Below, piece by piece: positions 26,342-35,541 of a DNA stretch of 53,542 nt (position 1 is the first letter of the stretch; each line of letters opens with the position of its first letter). The notes under the pieces are model-generated. The model had not been told where the DNA came from. It searched no databases and saw nothing but the letters and a program-made list of their open reading frames with translations. This stretch comes from a virus. Location of the stretch: the IMG/VR virus record IMGVR_UViG_3300045988_047700, positions 1 to 53,542 of that record; one strand, written 5' to 3'. The position numbers were made by a program, and so were the translations under genes.

Positions 26342-29098
26342 CTACCTCCCGAGTTCGAATACATTCTGTCCATTGGACATCTGCATATCTTTTGCTGTAT
26401 TAATAAGCTGTTCAAGTACCGTTCTGCTGTCCAGATTTACCACAAGTTTTATCATTCCTGTGCCTTTACCGCTTTCTTCACTTACGATTTTTCTTAACAG
26501 ATTTTCCGGCATCTCCAAGTTGTTTCCCTTTGTCTGGTCACCAAGCACCGCTAAAAACGGATTTCCGGCCGGAATAACCGCCCCTTGTGCAAGGTAAGGA
26601 ACCCTCGTGAAGTTCGCATGAGAAAGATTGATTCCTTTACCGCCGATACCCGGAACCCAATCCGGCACCTTAATATGATTCAATCCATCAATCAGATTAT
26701 TAATTGCTTTGACAATCGTCTGTCCCATTGCATTAAACAAAGCAATAACCTCATTGACCGGGGCTTTGAATATCGAATAGATCATATTTGCTTCGGCTCG
26801 AAGAATGTTCAATAATTCTTTTCCGGCAGCCTTGAATTGACCTGTAAAAACTAATTTAAAGAATGAGATAAATCCAGAACATATCTGCTTTATACTGTCA
26901 AAAACACCTTTCACGGTACTTAATAAAACTTCTATTCCCTCGCCCAATACTCCGAGTTGAGCATTCCAATCAACGGCAAATACCCCTTTTATCCAGTCTA
27001 TAAGCTTTGACATTACAGCTTTAAGTTGATCCCAGTGAGTAGCTATTAATATGATTGCTGCTATTGCTGCTGCTATTGAAATAGGAACAATGCCAAACGT
27101 AGAAACTACTTGACCGATAACGCCAATTAATCCACCACCGCCTTTTAGAATGTCAATTAATGTTCCTATGTGTCCAGCAAATCCAAGAACTGCGCTTGAT
27201 ATAGTTGCAATTAAAGGAACTATCTTTGATGTAGCAAACGCTGTAACTAATGCTGTACCAATGGCATCAACAATCCACTGATGTTCACCAAGGAAATCAA
27301 ACAAGCCAGCAAGTACATTAATAAGCGCCGGAAGACCGCTCTCTATCAGCCATGTAAGCATCGGTAATATAATGTTCGTATACAATCTTTCTAAGAAACT
27401 TCCAATAGCTTCTATCAGCGGTGACATAGATTCAAACAGATTCTTAATCGAATTAAGTAACGGGTAAAAGTTCAATGATCCCGCCCACTGAGCCGTATCC
27501 CACACAAGACGATTGATGATATCAAGCACCTTTTGGAAAGCATCTGCTATAGCCTGTATAATGGCCGTTCCTACGGCGTTTTTATTCCATGCTATATCTA
27601 ATTGCCTTGCGATGTTTCCAATCGTTGTAAGCAATCCCTGTGCGATCTGTAACATGGTAGACAGTATCTGTGTGCCTGTACCATTCGTCCAGACTTCCAA
27701 CATACTACTGCCGACACTCTTTGCCAGTGCTCCAAGTTCCGATAATGCATACTTAGCAGCATCAATTGTGTTCTTTCCCTCACGTTCCCACGCTTCTTTA
27801 AATGGTTGGAATATCTGCCCCAGCACATCCTTGATTTTTTCGAAAATCGGCGGTGCATCTATTGGAACTTCTTCAAACATTTTGCTGATTGGTGTTCCGT
27901 TTGCACCGGATCCAGACGGTGTTGTGTCGGTATCCTTATTTGTTGTGTAACGATTAATTTCATCAAGGGGTGACAGGTAGTCTTTCGCTGCTTTTGTGGC
28001 TTTCTTCGTAGACTTGGCGGTCTTGTCCAGACTGGCAGCATAATCTTTTTGTACTGCCAGTGCCTTTGTGTATGTTTTATTCCCGGCAAGATACCCGAAA
28101 AACATTCCTACATAGGTTATGGCTGTGCTGATAAGGTCAATGAATCGTGACAGTATCGGTGTCACAACTTCCAGAATCGGACTGAAAGCTGTAGCAAATG
28201 CGTTTTGCAATCTTATAAGGCTTCCCCACAAAGTAGATATATTTGCGTTTGTGGTTTTGGAATATTGAGCAAGATTGTTAAATCCACCAATAATCCCTTG
28301 TGTAAGAGCACTAAGAATTCGAAAAACACTGCTAAACAATACAGACATCGTAAGCATTCTTCCGATACTCATTCTTGCTGATCCGGCTGATTTACTCGTG
28401 TTTTTAAATGATCTGTTTAACTTTGAATTAGAGTTTTCTGTCTTTTTATTCGCATTATTAACGCCAAAGAGTTTATCTTTAAGAGAGAGTAATTCCATGT
28501 CATATCTTCCGAGTTTGTTTTTTATGTCAGAATACGATGTATTCAACCTGTTCTGCATGTCAGCAAGTCTTCTTTCCGCAGCAGCAAGTTTTTCAACTTC
28601 GGCTTGCGGAGCTTCTACACTCTTAATTTCTTTAAACGCTTTGCCACTTTTTTCTAAATCAGCCAATTTATTTTTAGCGTTTTCGATCGAATTTGACCAC
28701 TCATCCAAAGTACGTTGCTGATCTTTATATATATTAGAATTGATATCTCCACCATTAGAAACAAACCACTCTTGTGCCTTTATGAGTTGGTTCATTTTTT
28801 CCGTAGTGGTTTTTATCTCATCCTGTAACTTCTTATATTCCGTAGTAGGAATGTTCTGATTTGCATAGGATGCTACCTTTTGCCGTAACGATTCTACCTT
28901 TTGTTCTTGTGCGCTGTATTCGTTATTCAGTTTTGCAAAAGCATCTATTTGCTTGTTGATGGCGTTTTTTGCAGACGTTCCCAAATTATTCACCCTGTCT
29001 GCTGCTCTTCGTAATCCAGCTTCAATTTCTTGTGAACCCGCCTTTACGCCATCAGTTCTGATTTTTGTGTTAATAACAATACTTCCATCTTCTGTCAT
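26342..29098 (-). CDS. Tape measure protein
   Basis: 918 aa. N-terminal coiled coil and a long Gly/Ala/Ile-rich hydrophobic centre, located between the chaperones and the tail tip gene. Confidence 0.85.
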   Translation of the reverse strand: MTEDGSIVINTKIRTDGVKAGSQEIEAGLRRAADRVNNLGTSAKNAINKQIDAFAKLNNEYSAQEQKVESLRQKVASYANQNIPTTEYKKLQDEIKTTTEKMNQLIKAQEWFVSNGGDINSNIYKDQQRTLDEWSNSIENAKNKLADLEKSGKAFKEIKSVEAPQAEVEKLAAAERRLADMQNRLNTSYSDIKNKLGRYDMELLSLKDKLFGVNNANKKTENSNSKLNRSFKNTSKSAGSARMSIGRMLTMSVLFSSVFRILSALTQGIIGGFNNLAQYSKTTNANISTLWGSLIRLQNAFATAFSPILEVVTPILSRFIDLISTAITYVGMFFGYLAGNKTYTKALAVQKDYAASLDKTAKSTKKATKAAKDYLSPLDEINRYTTNKDTDTTPSGSGANGTPISKMFEEVPIDAPPIFEKIKDVLGQIFQPFKEAWEREGKNTIDAAKYALSELGALAKSVGSSMLEVWTNGTGTQILSTMLQIAQGLLTTIGNIARQLDIAWNKNAVGTAIIQAIADAFQKVLDIINRLVWDTAQWAGSLNFYPLLNSIKNLFESMSPLIEAIGSFLERLYTNIILPMLTWLIESGLPALINVLAGLFDFLGEHQWIVDAIGTALVTAFATSKIVPLIATISSAVLGFAGHIGTLIDILKGGGGLIGVIGQVVSTFGIVPISIAAAIAAIILIATHWDQLKAVMSKLIDWIKGVFAVDWNAQLGVLGEGIEVLLSTVKGVFDSIKQICSGFISFFKLVFTGQFKAAGKELLNILRAEANMIYSIFKAPVNEVIALFNAMGQTIVKAINNLIDGLNHIKVPDWVPGIGGKGINLSHANFTRVPYLAQGAVIPAGNPFLAVLGDQTKGNNLEMPENLLRKIVSEESGKGTGMIKLVVNLDSRTVLEQLINTAKDMQMSNGQNVFELGR

Positions 29099-29158
29099 GT
29101 ATTGTCCTTTCTACCGCTAAATATTTGCGGTCAGCGGGTATCTCCACATGATACCCGG
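29099..29158 (-). promoter_or_regulatory. Conserved bipartite hairpin element E1 (upstream of the TMP gene)
   Basis: Minus strand: TAACCGGGTATCATGTGGAGATACCCGCTGACCGCAAATATTTAGCGGTAGAAAGGA. It aligns with E2, with compensatory changes in both stems. Confidence 0.6.
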
Positions 29159-29749
29159 TTAATTATTTACGAGTCCGAATACTCTTCTTAATTCTTCTTT
29201 TTCTTCTTCGCTTCGCTCTGGTGTCGCTTTAAGATCAACAAGTTCTTTGTTGCTAGAATAGAATTCTTTTTCCCAACTATCCAATTTCTTCCCTTTCGAG
29301 ACTTTTTCACGAATGTTAGTGATAGTGCTGAATAGAGATTCTCCAATCTCCATGAAAAGTCCCATGAACGTCCACCAATGTAAGTACTCTTTCTCACGAA
29401 TATCCTCATGTGCCACTTTATTAATGGCCGGAATTAGAATCTTTGCATCTTTTTTCCAATCCATAAGTTGCGGTTTTTTCTTATCTCCCTTAAATCCGCA
29501 GTCGATAAACTCTTTCGCCGTCTTTAAAGCTTCTTCCCAGTCTTCTATCGGAAGATTATCAAAGTCTTCGTAGAATATAGCCAGAATCGTTGTGTATATC
29601 TCCAAGTTTTTTTCTTCCTCTGACATTCCGGCTACTATATCGGGATCATTAATAGCACAAAGAATATCTAACACGGCTCTGTAATCTGAGCGTATTCGAT
29701 ATTCTTTGCCGTTTACTCTAACAGATTTTGGAAGTTTCCAGACATCCAT
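29159..29749 (-). CDS. Gp15-family tail assembly protein
   Basis: MDVWKLPKSVRVNGKEYRIRSDYRAVLDI N-terminus, positioned before the TMP gene. Confidence 0.6.
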   Translation of the reverse strand: MDVWKLPKSVRVNGKEYRIRSDYRAVLDILCAINDPDIVAGMSEEEKNLEIYTTILAIFYEDFDNLPIEDWEEALKTAKEFIDCGFKGDKKKPQLMDWKKDAKILIPAINKVAHEDIREKEYLHWWTFMGLFMEIGESLFSTITNIREKVSKGKKLDSWEKEFYSSNKELVDLKATPERSEEEKEELRRVFGLVNN

Positions 29750-30192
29750 TAGTTATGGTACTTGGCCACGTACTTATTTACACGGCGCTGTACCTTCGTT
29801 ACGTTTGTGTTCAGTTTTGTTTCAATGACTTTTGCAACACTATCAATTACAATTTCGAGGAAAATTCTTCCATCATTCATTGGCGAAAACGGTCCGAGAA
29901 CCTGGAAAAACGCTTTTTCTGCATCTCCATTAATCAGATAAGACATTTTCTCTGCAATTTCCTTTTCTGCTTTTCTGGCAGCTTCAATGCTGTCATCTTC
30001 CGGCATCTTGTAATTTTTCCAAAATCGAACGACTTCTTCGTATCTGTCAACAATGTTAGTGTCAGTCGGTGCAAACACTATATTTCCAATAATTTCACCA
30101 AACTGGTTTTTGATCGGAATTTTGACTCGGCCATCATTTATCTTAATAACCAGTTCGCTATCATTTCTTTTTTTTGGTAACTTGTTGCTCAT
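29749..30192 (-). CDS. Tail assembly chaperone-like protein
   Basis: 147 aa, between the major tail gene and the Gp15-like ORF. Its stop overlaps the next start (TAATG). Confidence 0.5.
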   Translation of the reverse strand: MSNKLPKKRNDSELVIKINDGRVKIPIKNQFGEIIGNIVFAPTDTNIVDRYEEVVRFWKNYKMPEDDSIEAARKAEKEIAEKMSYLINGDAEKAFFQVLGPFSPMNDGRIFLEIVIDSVAKVIETKLNTNVTKVQRRVNKYVAKYHN

Positions 30193-30216
30193 ATTATTCC
30201 TCCTGTTAATAAAGCG

Positions 30217-30753
30217 TTACAGTACTTCTTTTCCTGTAGAAAGACTATGTGGGATTGCTCCGGCCGTAAATTCTGGATTGCCAGAAGCAAGCGAAGTAGC
30301 ACTTACATATCCCTCTGTCCTCTTTCCATCGGAAGACACCTTGAACGGAATGTTTACACCAGATGTATCTCCACCATAAGACTGAGGTTTTACCATAACC
30401 TCTTCGACATATGCAAGGTGGTTTGTCGCACTTGTATCTTCCACAAGGACTTCCAACATAAGTGTTTTGCAGTCCGCTCCTTTCAAACGTTTCATTGCAA
30501 TATCCCTAATCTTCGGATACAGCTTTTTGTCCGGGTTTGCATAGTATGTATCTGCATCCATAGACGGCTCATATCCATTATCTGTTGTTTTTGTCTGACC
30601 AAGAATGTTCTTCTTCGTCTCTGTATCCGGGTTCAGATCGACCGACATATCGTCAATGTCATCACCAAGGATTTCCCACGTAGCACTTGCTACTGTCTGC
30701 TTGAAACTATAGTCCAGATAATGTGCGAGTGCTTCTCTGCTAAGATTTCCCAT
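30217..30753 (-). CDS. Major tail protein
   Basis: 178 aa. Position, size and strong RBS fit, and it is preceded by element E2. Confidence 0.65.
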   Translation of the reverse strand: MGNLSREALAHYLDYSFKQTVASATWEILGDDIDDMSVDLNPDTETKKNILGQTKTTDNGYEPSMDADTYYANPDKKLYPKIRDIAMKRLKGADCKTLMLEVLVEDTSATNHLAYVEEVMVKPQSYGGDTSGVNIPFKVSSDGKRTEGYVSATSLASGNPEFTAGAIPHSLSTGKEVL

Positions 30754-30814
30754 ATTATAGTCCTTTCTACCGTTAACTTTTTACGGTCAGCGAACATCTC
30801 CAATTGATGTCCGG
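30754..30814 (-). promoter_or_regulatory. Conserved bipartite hairpin element E2 (upstream of the major tail gene)
   Basis: Minus strand: TAACCGGACATCAATTGGAGATGTTCGCTGACCGTAAAAAGTTAACGGTAGAAAGGA. Confidence 0.6.
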
Positions 30815-31333
30815 TTAATTAGTTCTTATGAATACATTTCTGTATTTGAGAGACATACTAATCACCCAGTCTTGCACATTGTTTTCGTAAGTTTTGTCAA
30901 GGTATGATGGTGTGATTCTTGTAATCTCTTCTATTTTTCGTTCCTCTGTAAGTGTTGGGTAAGATGTAAGCTTATGCTTTTCGCCATCAATCACGACTGT
31001 TTGTCGTTCCAACCATTTACCTACACTATCAAGAAATTCCTTGATATCCGCTTTCATATTCGGAGAATCACGGGATGTCCTGTACACGATATAAAATGGG
31101 TAATTGCAAAGCTGATTCACCTTACCTGTTATCGATTTTTTCTCCTGTGCAACCACCGCACCGGATACCGGATAGAATGCTATTCCATCATCTTCTTTCA
31201 TGGTGGAGAATTTAAACACTTCTCCGGTTTCCAATCCCGGATACTGATTCAGCAAATCTTTAAGTGCATTTGTTACAATGTCGTATCCGTCAACATCGTA
31301 TTTCACTGTTTTTTTACTATCCACCGCCTGCAC
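30815..31333 (-). CDS. Head-tail joining / minor capsid-family protein
   Basis: 172 aa, in the connector module between the capsid and tail genes. Confidence 0.5.
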   Translation of the reverse strand: MQAVDSKKTVKYDVDGYDIVTNALKDLLNQYPGLETGEVFKFSTMKEDDGIAFYPVSGAVVAQEKKSITGKVNQLCNYPFYIVYRTSRDSPNMKADIKEFLDSVGKWLERQTVVIDGEKHKLTSYPTLTEERKIEEITRITPSYLDKTYENNVQDWVISMSLKYRNVFIRTN

Positions 31334-31775
31334 GTTTCTTCACTCCTTTTACCCATGTATCGCAAAATTCATCTTTAGCAGCATCAAACCAATGATCTGT
31401 TGCAAAAGGGTTTGGTTCCTTTGAGAACTGAATATCACGGTCTGTTACCACCTTTTTCGCCCCAGGTCTCGCCCACGGTGATCCTGTTTCCGGGTCTACC
31501 ATAACTTTCCCCATGTACAGATATCTTACGTAAGGACCATATCCGGCATAAACTTTTCCACTACCTTTCAAGGCTTCATTCTGCGTATTAGTTGTATCAA
31601 TCATCATCCCGTCTCTTTGTGGAATATACTTTTTTGTGCCTGTCCATACCTGTTCATCTAACCAAAGCTGAGCATCTTGGAATTGCTTTTCGAATCGGTC
31701 AAGATTCACATTCACTTTGATGTCAGCTTCAACTATCGAGATGTTCGGAAAATGGAACATTCTGCTACGTGCCAT
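31317..31775 (-). CDS. Head-tail joining / minor capsid-family protein
   Basis: 152 aa. The pattern GKVYAGYGPYVRYLYMGKVMVDPETG recalls minor-capsid/tail-completion families. Confidence 0.5.
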   Translation of the reverse strand: MARSRMFHFPNISIVEADIKVNVNLDRFEKQFQDAQLWLDEQVWTGTKKYIPQRDGMMIDTTNTQNEALKGSGKVYAGYGPYVRYLYMGKVMVDPETGSPWARPGAKKVVTDRDIQFSKEPNPFATDHWFDAAKDEFCDTWVKGVKKRAGGG

Positions 31776-32237
31776 TTACTTTCCCCCTATCTCAAAATGT
31801 GGGATAAGTGTGTATGTTCCGACATTGGTGATTAAGAATACATTGTCGTGATTTTTGTTCATATAATCGTAAAAGCCACCGTCTCTCCGGCTCTGATAGT
31901 CTTCGTCTTCTATCATCTTTTCGTCATGTTCGCCCTCAATGAAAAAGTCACCGCTTGCAAATGTGACGGTATGTCCAAGTGTATCGTTAATTTGTTTCGC
32001 CCATTTTTTAGGCTCAAGATACTTTTTGCCAGCTACTACTTTTTCATTGGATACCATACGATACAGAACATGGAGCGTTGCCGTGTCAGCCGTATCAAGT
32101 CCTGTTTTTTCAATGTTTGCAGATTTATCAACAATGAGCTGGACACCTTTAATTACGGTCGGATACCAAAATATTTCATCCTTTTGATTCACATATTTGT
32201 TGAATACAGTTATGGTTTTGTCATACATTGGTATCAC
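31776..32237 (-). CDS. Head-tail joining protein
   Basis: 153 aa, in the connector module. Confidence 0.5.
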   Translation of the reverse strand: MIPMYDKTITVFNKYVNQKDEIFWYPTVIKGVQLIVDKSANIEKTGLDTADTATLHVLYRMVSNEKVVAGKKYLEPKKWAKQINDTLGHTVTFASGDFFIEGEHDEKMIEDEDYQSRRDGGFYDYMNKNHDNVFLITNVGTYTLIPHFEIGGK

Positions 32238-32243
32238 CTCTCG

Positions 32244-32384
32244 TTAATAAAACTTCTTACCGCATTTTTTACACTTCCATATGTGCCTTGTTTCTTTTAT
32301 CCCATTTCCGATATCTTCCAGATACGTTCCGGCATGGATTTTCTTTTTGTGTTTGCAAAATAATTTATTGATGATTCTTAACAC
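32244..32384 (-). CDS. Small zinc-ribbon-like protein
   Basis: 46 aa from GTG 32384 (GAGGAAAG upstream): LRIINKLFCKHKK...HIWKCKKCGKKFY. Confidence 0.3.
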   Translation of the reverse strand: MLRIINKLFCKHKKKIHAGTYLEDIGNGIKETRHIWKCKKCGKKFY

Positions 32385-32391
32385 GCTTTCC

Positions 32392-32874
32392 TCATAATCC
32401 GGCATACAAAAGGCAAATGCCCTTGTCGTTGGTTACTCCGGCAAGATACTCTGTAGCAACGTTTAGCAACAAGGCATTTTCCACTTTTTTATCCATAGCT
32501 GCCTGAGCATACACATTGCTACTTATATTACTTCCAGTAACATAGGATATGCTTTCGTTCCCCGAAGAAACAGAAGAGACGGCCTTGTTAACGACCGTCC
32601 CATCTTCTCTCTGTATAGTTCCTATTGTATCCATAAAAGCCTTTTTAATCTGATCAATTTGATACATGGTATCAGCAACCGCACAGACAGCCTTTTGTAC
32701 TTTCGTTTTAGCTCGCTCATTTTCTGGAAGTCCGTCTACAAGGCGGTCGAAAGTATATTGGTCTATGCGGTCACTGGCACGATCTGCATATTTTAGGAAG
32801 TTACTTTCCGGAACAGCATCACCATAGAATTCGTTTTTGTAAAATTCATAATCTGTGTACGCCATAATACTCAC
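32392..32874 (-). CDS. gp6-like head-tail connector protein
   Basis: MAYTDYEFYKNEFYGDAVPESNFLKYADRASDRID pattern, positioned after the capsid gene. Confidence 0.6.
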   Translation of the reverse strand: MSIMAYTDYEFYKNEFYGDAVPESNFLKYADRASDRIDQYTFDRLVDGLPENERAKTKVQKAVCAVADTMYQIDQIKKAFMDTIGTIQREDGTVVNKAVSSVSSGNESISYVTGSNISSNVYAQAAMDKKVENALLLNVATEYLAGVTNDKGICLLYAGL

Positions 32875-32878
32875 CCTG

Positions 32879-33031
32879 CTACTTCTGATCTGCTTTTGTG
32901 GTAGATCTTCTGCCTTTGTTTTCGCCTTTAATTTCTTTGTATTTGTTTGTATTGTTCTCCATCAACTGAGCACTCGTTTCATGCTCAGTTGATAAAATTC
33001 TTCCTGTTTCCAAGTCTTCAAACCGTCTCAT
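32879..33031 (-). CDS. Small hypothetical protein
   Basis: 50 aa (MRRFEDLETGRILSTEHE...). AAAGGTGAG upstream. Confidence 0.35.
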   Translation of the reverse strand: MRRFEDLETGRILSTEHETSAQLMENNTNKYKEIKGENKGRRSTTKADQK

Positions 33032-33033
33032 GC

Positions 33034-33885
33034 TTACTCACCTTTCTTATTTTTAAAGATAAGGTCAGGCATTACAGATTTTGTTCCGTAATGGTAGAAG
33101 AGTTCAATGCCATATGCTTCTGAAAGAGGAATCTTCTCAGCACTGTATGGTGTGGATTTAACAGGCTGTGCGATAGCTCCATCCACCATCACGATCACAT
33201 CAACGTCTGTCGGCATGTGCACGCATGAGAATGTTTTTACGCCATGATAAGCGTAGAACTCTTCGTCAGCCACGCCAACACCCGGCACTGTAACTTTGTC
33301 CAGATATGTGCGGATTTTTCCGTAGAATTTCGGTGTACAGATCATGTTCATCATAGAACGTGGTACTCCGTCCACATATTCATTCTTGGTAGTTTCGCAC
33401 TGCTGAATCATGGTTTCAGCCTGTTCCTCAATAGCTGTAATACCTGTTAAATCAACTTCTGTCGCATCTGTTCCGGCAACTTTGAAGAACTCAGTGTCGA
33501 GTTCTGCGATCATTCTAAGCGCATGGTTTGCTGTTCTTTTTGCAATAAGTCCCTCTACTCCGAGAAGAGATACGTCTTTTTGTTCAACCTCTTCTACGAT
33601 TTCCTTATCTACATCAATCGGAATCGTAACCGGCTTTCCTTTTACTCCATCACCTTTAGATGCACCTCTGGCGGTTCCGTAATTCTTAGATGTCGCATTT
33701 GCGAATCGTTTTGCTTCTACGGTTCCGGCAGACGGATCACCGGAAAGTTCGGTATTCTTCATTTTTCCAGAAATAGTGTTCTTCTGGACGTTTTCGATGA
33801 CCTTTCCGTACTCTTCTGCAAGAAGCATTTTTCCGGTTGGGTCAAGTAACATGTTTAATGATGTAATTCTTGTTGTTTCTGCCAT
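33034..33885 (-). CDS. Major capsid protein
   Basis: 283 aa directly after the scaffold gene. GAGGAG RBS. Preceded by element E3. Confidence 0.75.
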   Translation of the reverse strand: MAETTRITSLNMLLDPTGKMLLAEEYGKVIENVQKNTISGKMKNTELSGDPSAGTVEAKRFANATSKNYGTARGASKGDGVKGKPVTIPIDVDKEIVEEVEQKDVSLLGVEGLIAKRTANHALRMIAELDTEFFKVAGTDATEVDLTGITAIEEQAETMIQQCETTKNEYVDGVPRSMMNMICTPKFYGKIRTYLDKVTVPGVGVADEEFYAYHGVKTFSCVHMPTDVDVIVMVDGAIAQPVKSTPYSAEKIPLSEAYGIELFYHYGTKSVMPDLIFKNKKGE

Positions 33886-33953
33886 TTTTGTTCTCCTCTA
33901 ATTCTTTAAGGTCAACGACTATCCTCTATTGATAGCCGGTTCACAGTATGGTT
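33886..33953 (-). promoter_or_regulatory. Hairpin element E3 (upstream of the major capsid gene)
   Basis: Minus strand: GAACCGGCTATCAATAGAGGATAGTCGTTGACC. It shares AACCGG-hairpin-CG-YTGACC with E1 and E2. Confidence 0.5.
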
Positions 33954-34562
33954 TTACCAAACAGTTCCAGGAACAAACGGCTCTGCTTTCTGTTCACTTC
34001 CACCTTTTTCTGTAGGTGTTGTGAATACAGGTGGTGTCTTACCATCCGTCACGAAAGCATCTTTCTGAGATTCTTTCAGTTCTTTCATGTAATCATCAAG
34101 ACCAAGAATCTTTTCACCCTCACGTTTCAGACCCTTGTCTTTAATCATGTTGATGATTCCTGTTTTGGCAAAATCAGAACTGAATTTCTCGCCCGCAAGA
34201 GCCTTTGTCAGAACATCGTTGAAGTCTCTTTCTTCAATCTTCTGGTTGTACTCTTTTTCACTGGCATCAAGCTTGTCTTTCCATTCTTTTTCCGCATTCT
34301 CAGCTTTTGTCTTCCACTCATCACGTTCTCTTGTGATCGCATCGAAGTCTTTTCCCTCGAACCCGTCCAAAGTCTCTTTCGCTGTTTCATACTGTGTTTT
34401 AAAGTTGTCACGTTCCTGTGTCAGAGTTTCTACTTTTCGTGTCTGCTTATCATAGTCAGATACGCTTTTGTAATTCTCTTTCACTGCATCTTCGATTGTC
34501 TTTTTCTGCTCATCTGTAATTTCAAGACCAGCATCTTTGATAATCTGAATAATATTTTTCAT
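33954..34562 (-). CDS. Scaffolding protein (GP20-like)
   Basis: ATG 34562 after GAGGAGG. Charged coiled coil; MKNIIQIIKDAGLEITDEQKK... Confidence 0.8.
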   Translation of the reverse strand: MKNIIQIIKDAGLEITDEQKKTIEDAVKENYKSVSDYDKQTRKVETLTQERDNFKTQYETAKETLDGFEGKDFDAITRERDEWKTKAENAEKEWKDKLDASEKEYNQKIEERDFNDVLTKALAGEKFSSDFAKTGIINMIKDKGLKREGEKILGLDDYMKELKESQKDAFVTDGKTPPVFTTPTEKGGSEQKAEPFVPGTVW

Positions 34563-34643
34563 GTTGCATATCCTCCTCAACGTCTCTTATTAACCGCTTC
34601 GTCTGCGGTAGGGATTCAGACAGATGAACCTCTGTCGGGGTAA

Positions 34644-34731
34644 TCGGGACACACGGAATCGAACCGTGGACATAAGTCTTTTTTTAAAAGAGATGATTGT
34701 GACTTTTGTTCTACCATTGAACTATATCCCG
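34644..34731 (-). ncRNA. tRNA-like element with an aberrant anticodon region
   Basis: Acceptor CGGGATA / TGTCCCG. D arm GTTC-AATGGTA-GAAC. T arm CACGG-TTCGATT-CCGTG. AAGTC and GACTT are separated by 22 nt instead of a 7-nt loop. No encoded CCA. Confidence 0.5.
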
Positions 34732-35115
34732 TTAGTGGTTGGTGTAAGTGTTCCCTCTATACAGTTCCAACCACTGTTACGGCTATTTGACGGTCAATCT
34801 GCATATTGTTCCGTAACTAACTCTATACAGAAAAAGGATAGCCGGACATAACTCCATGTACTGGTCTGTACACTATCCTTTGCGGAAAGCTGGTGCTTTA
34901 TCATATTATATCTTTATGAGGTAACATAAGATGACGATTCCCCAAGTCCGCAACCTTAGGGGGAAAGCCTAACGGGCGTTTGACCGCCCTTTAATCAGCA
35001 TTCCGCTATTAGGCTTTATTGAAAGGATGTGTATCAAGCAAGAAAAGAAAATGTCCTATGTGATTCACCGTATATATCGTAACATTAATATATATAGTAC
35101 TCCGTACCCATGTTT
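34732..35115 (-). ncRNA. Hairpin-dense non-coding region (candidate large structured RNA)
   Basis: No ORF on either strand. Long-range helices: 34734..34742 with 34767..34775, 34836..34841 with 34873..34878, and 34964..34972 with 35009..35017, the last with a nested GGGCG/CGCCC hairpin. Confidence 0.4.
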
Positions 35116-35538
35116 TTACATTTCCGCAAGCTTCTTGATTTGCCTTTGAATCTCTTTACGTTCTTCTGCAAAATCTGAATCCATCACCATAGATGAAAGC
35201 ATGTCGTACACTTCTACCATAAGTTTCCCGACACTTTCCATCAGTTTGTCTCTGTGCGCTTGATCTCCGTTCTGCTGATACATCTCTTTCGCCATAATGT
35301 ACTGGTCATATAGTGCATCAATGTTTTTATCGTACTTTCCGTTACTGTACTTCTTGATAAGGTTTTCTGATGCATCCGCAATCATCCCTGGTACGCTTTC
35401 ACATTCCAAAGATTTCATATTGCACAATGTAGATGTAATCATGTACATTGCCTGTAAGTTAGACATATTTAAGTCTTTCTTTGCAGATGCTTTTTCACGT
35501 TCAAGCTGTTCTTCCAAAATCTTTTTTATCTCGCTCAT
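35116..35538 (-). CDS. Helical hypothetical protein
   Basis: 140-aa ORF, last gene of the cargo operon. Confidence 0.55.
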   Translation of the reverse strand: MSEIKKILEEQLEREKASAKKDLNMSNLQAMYMITSTLCNMKSLECESVPGMIADASENLIKKYSNGKYDKNIDALYDQYIMAKEMYQQNGDQAHRDKLMESVGKLMVEVYDMLSSMVMDSDFAEERKEIQRQIKKLAEM

Positions 35539-35541
35539 TTA

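Noticed and set aside
29740-29760. A programmed -1 frameshift between the two tail chaperone ORFs.
   Set aside because: The downstream ORF has its own ATG overlapping the upstream stop (TAATG). I could not see a slippery heptamer.
34775-34915. A group I intron. The minus-strand strings GACCGTCAAATAGCCG and CTCATAAAGATATAAT resemble the Tetrahymena P4 and P7 elements.
   Set aside because: The two strings are in the wrong 5'-3' order for a group I intron. The tRNA-like halves are contiguous rather than split by the region.
34964-35024. On the plus strand, a long hairpin (AAAGCCTAA...TTAGGCTTT) immediately followed by ATTGAAAG, the canonical crRNA 8-nt tag.
   Set aside because: The hairpin is far longer than any repeat stem. 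No plus-strand promoter is evident. The 8-mer is likely to occur by chance in an AT-rich genome. It is noted only because of the repeat-like RNA at 51160.
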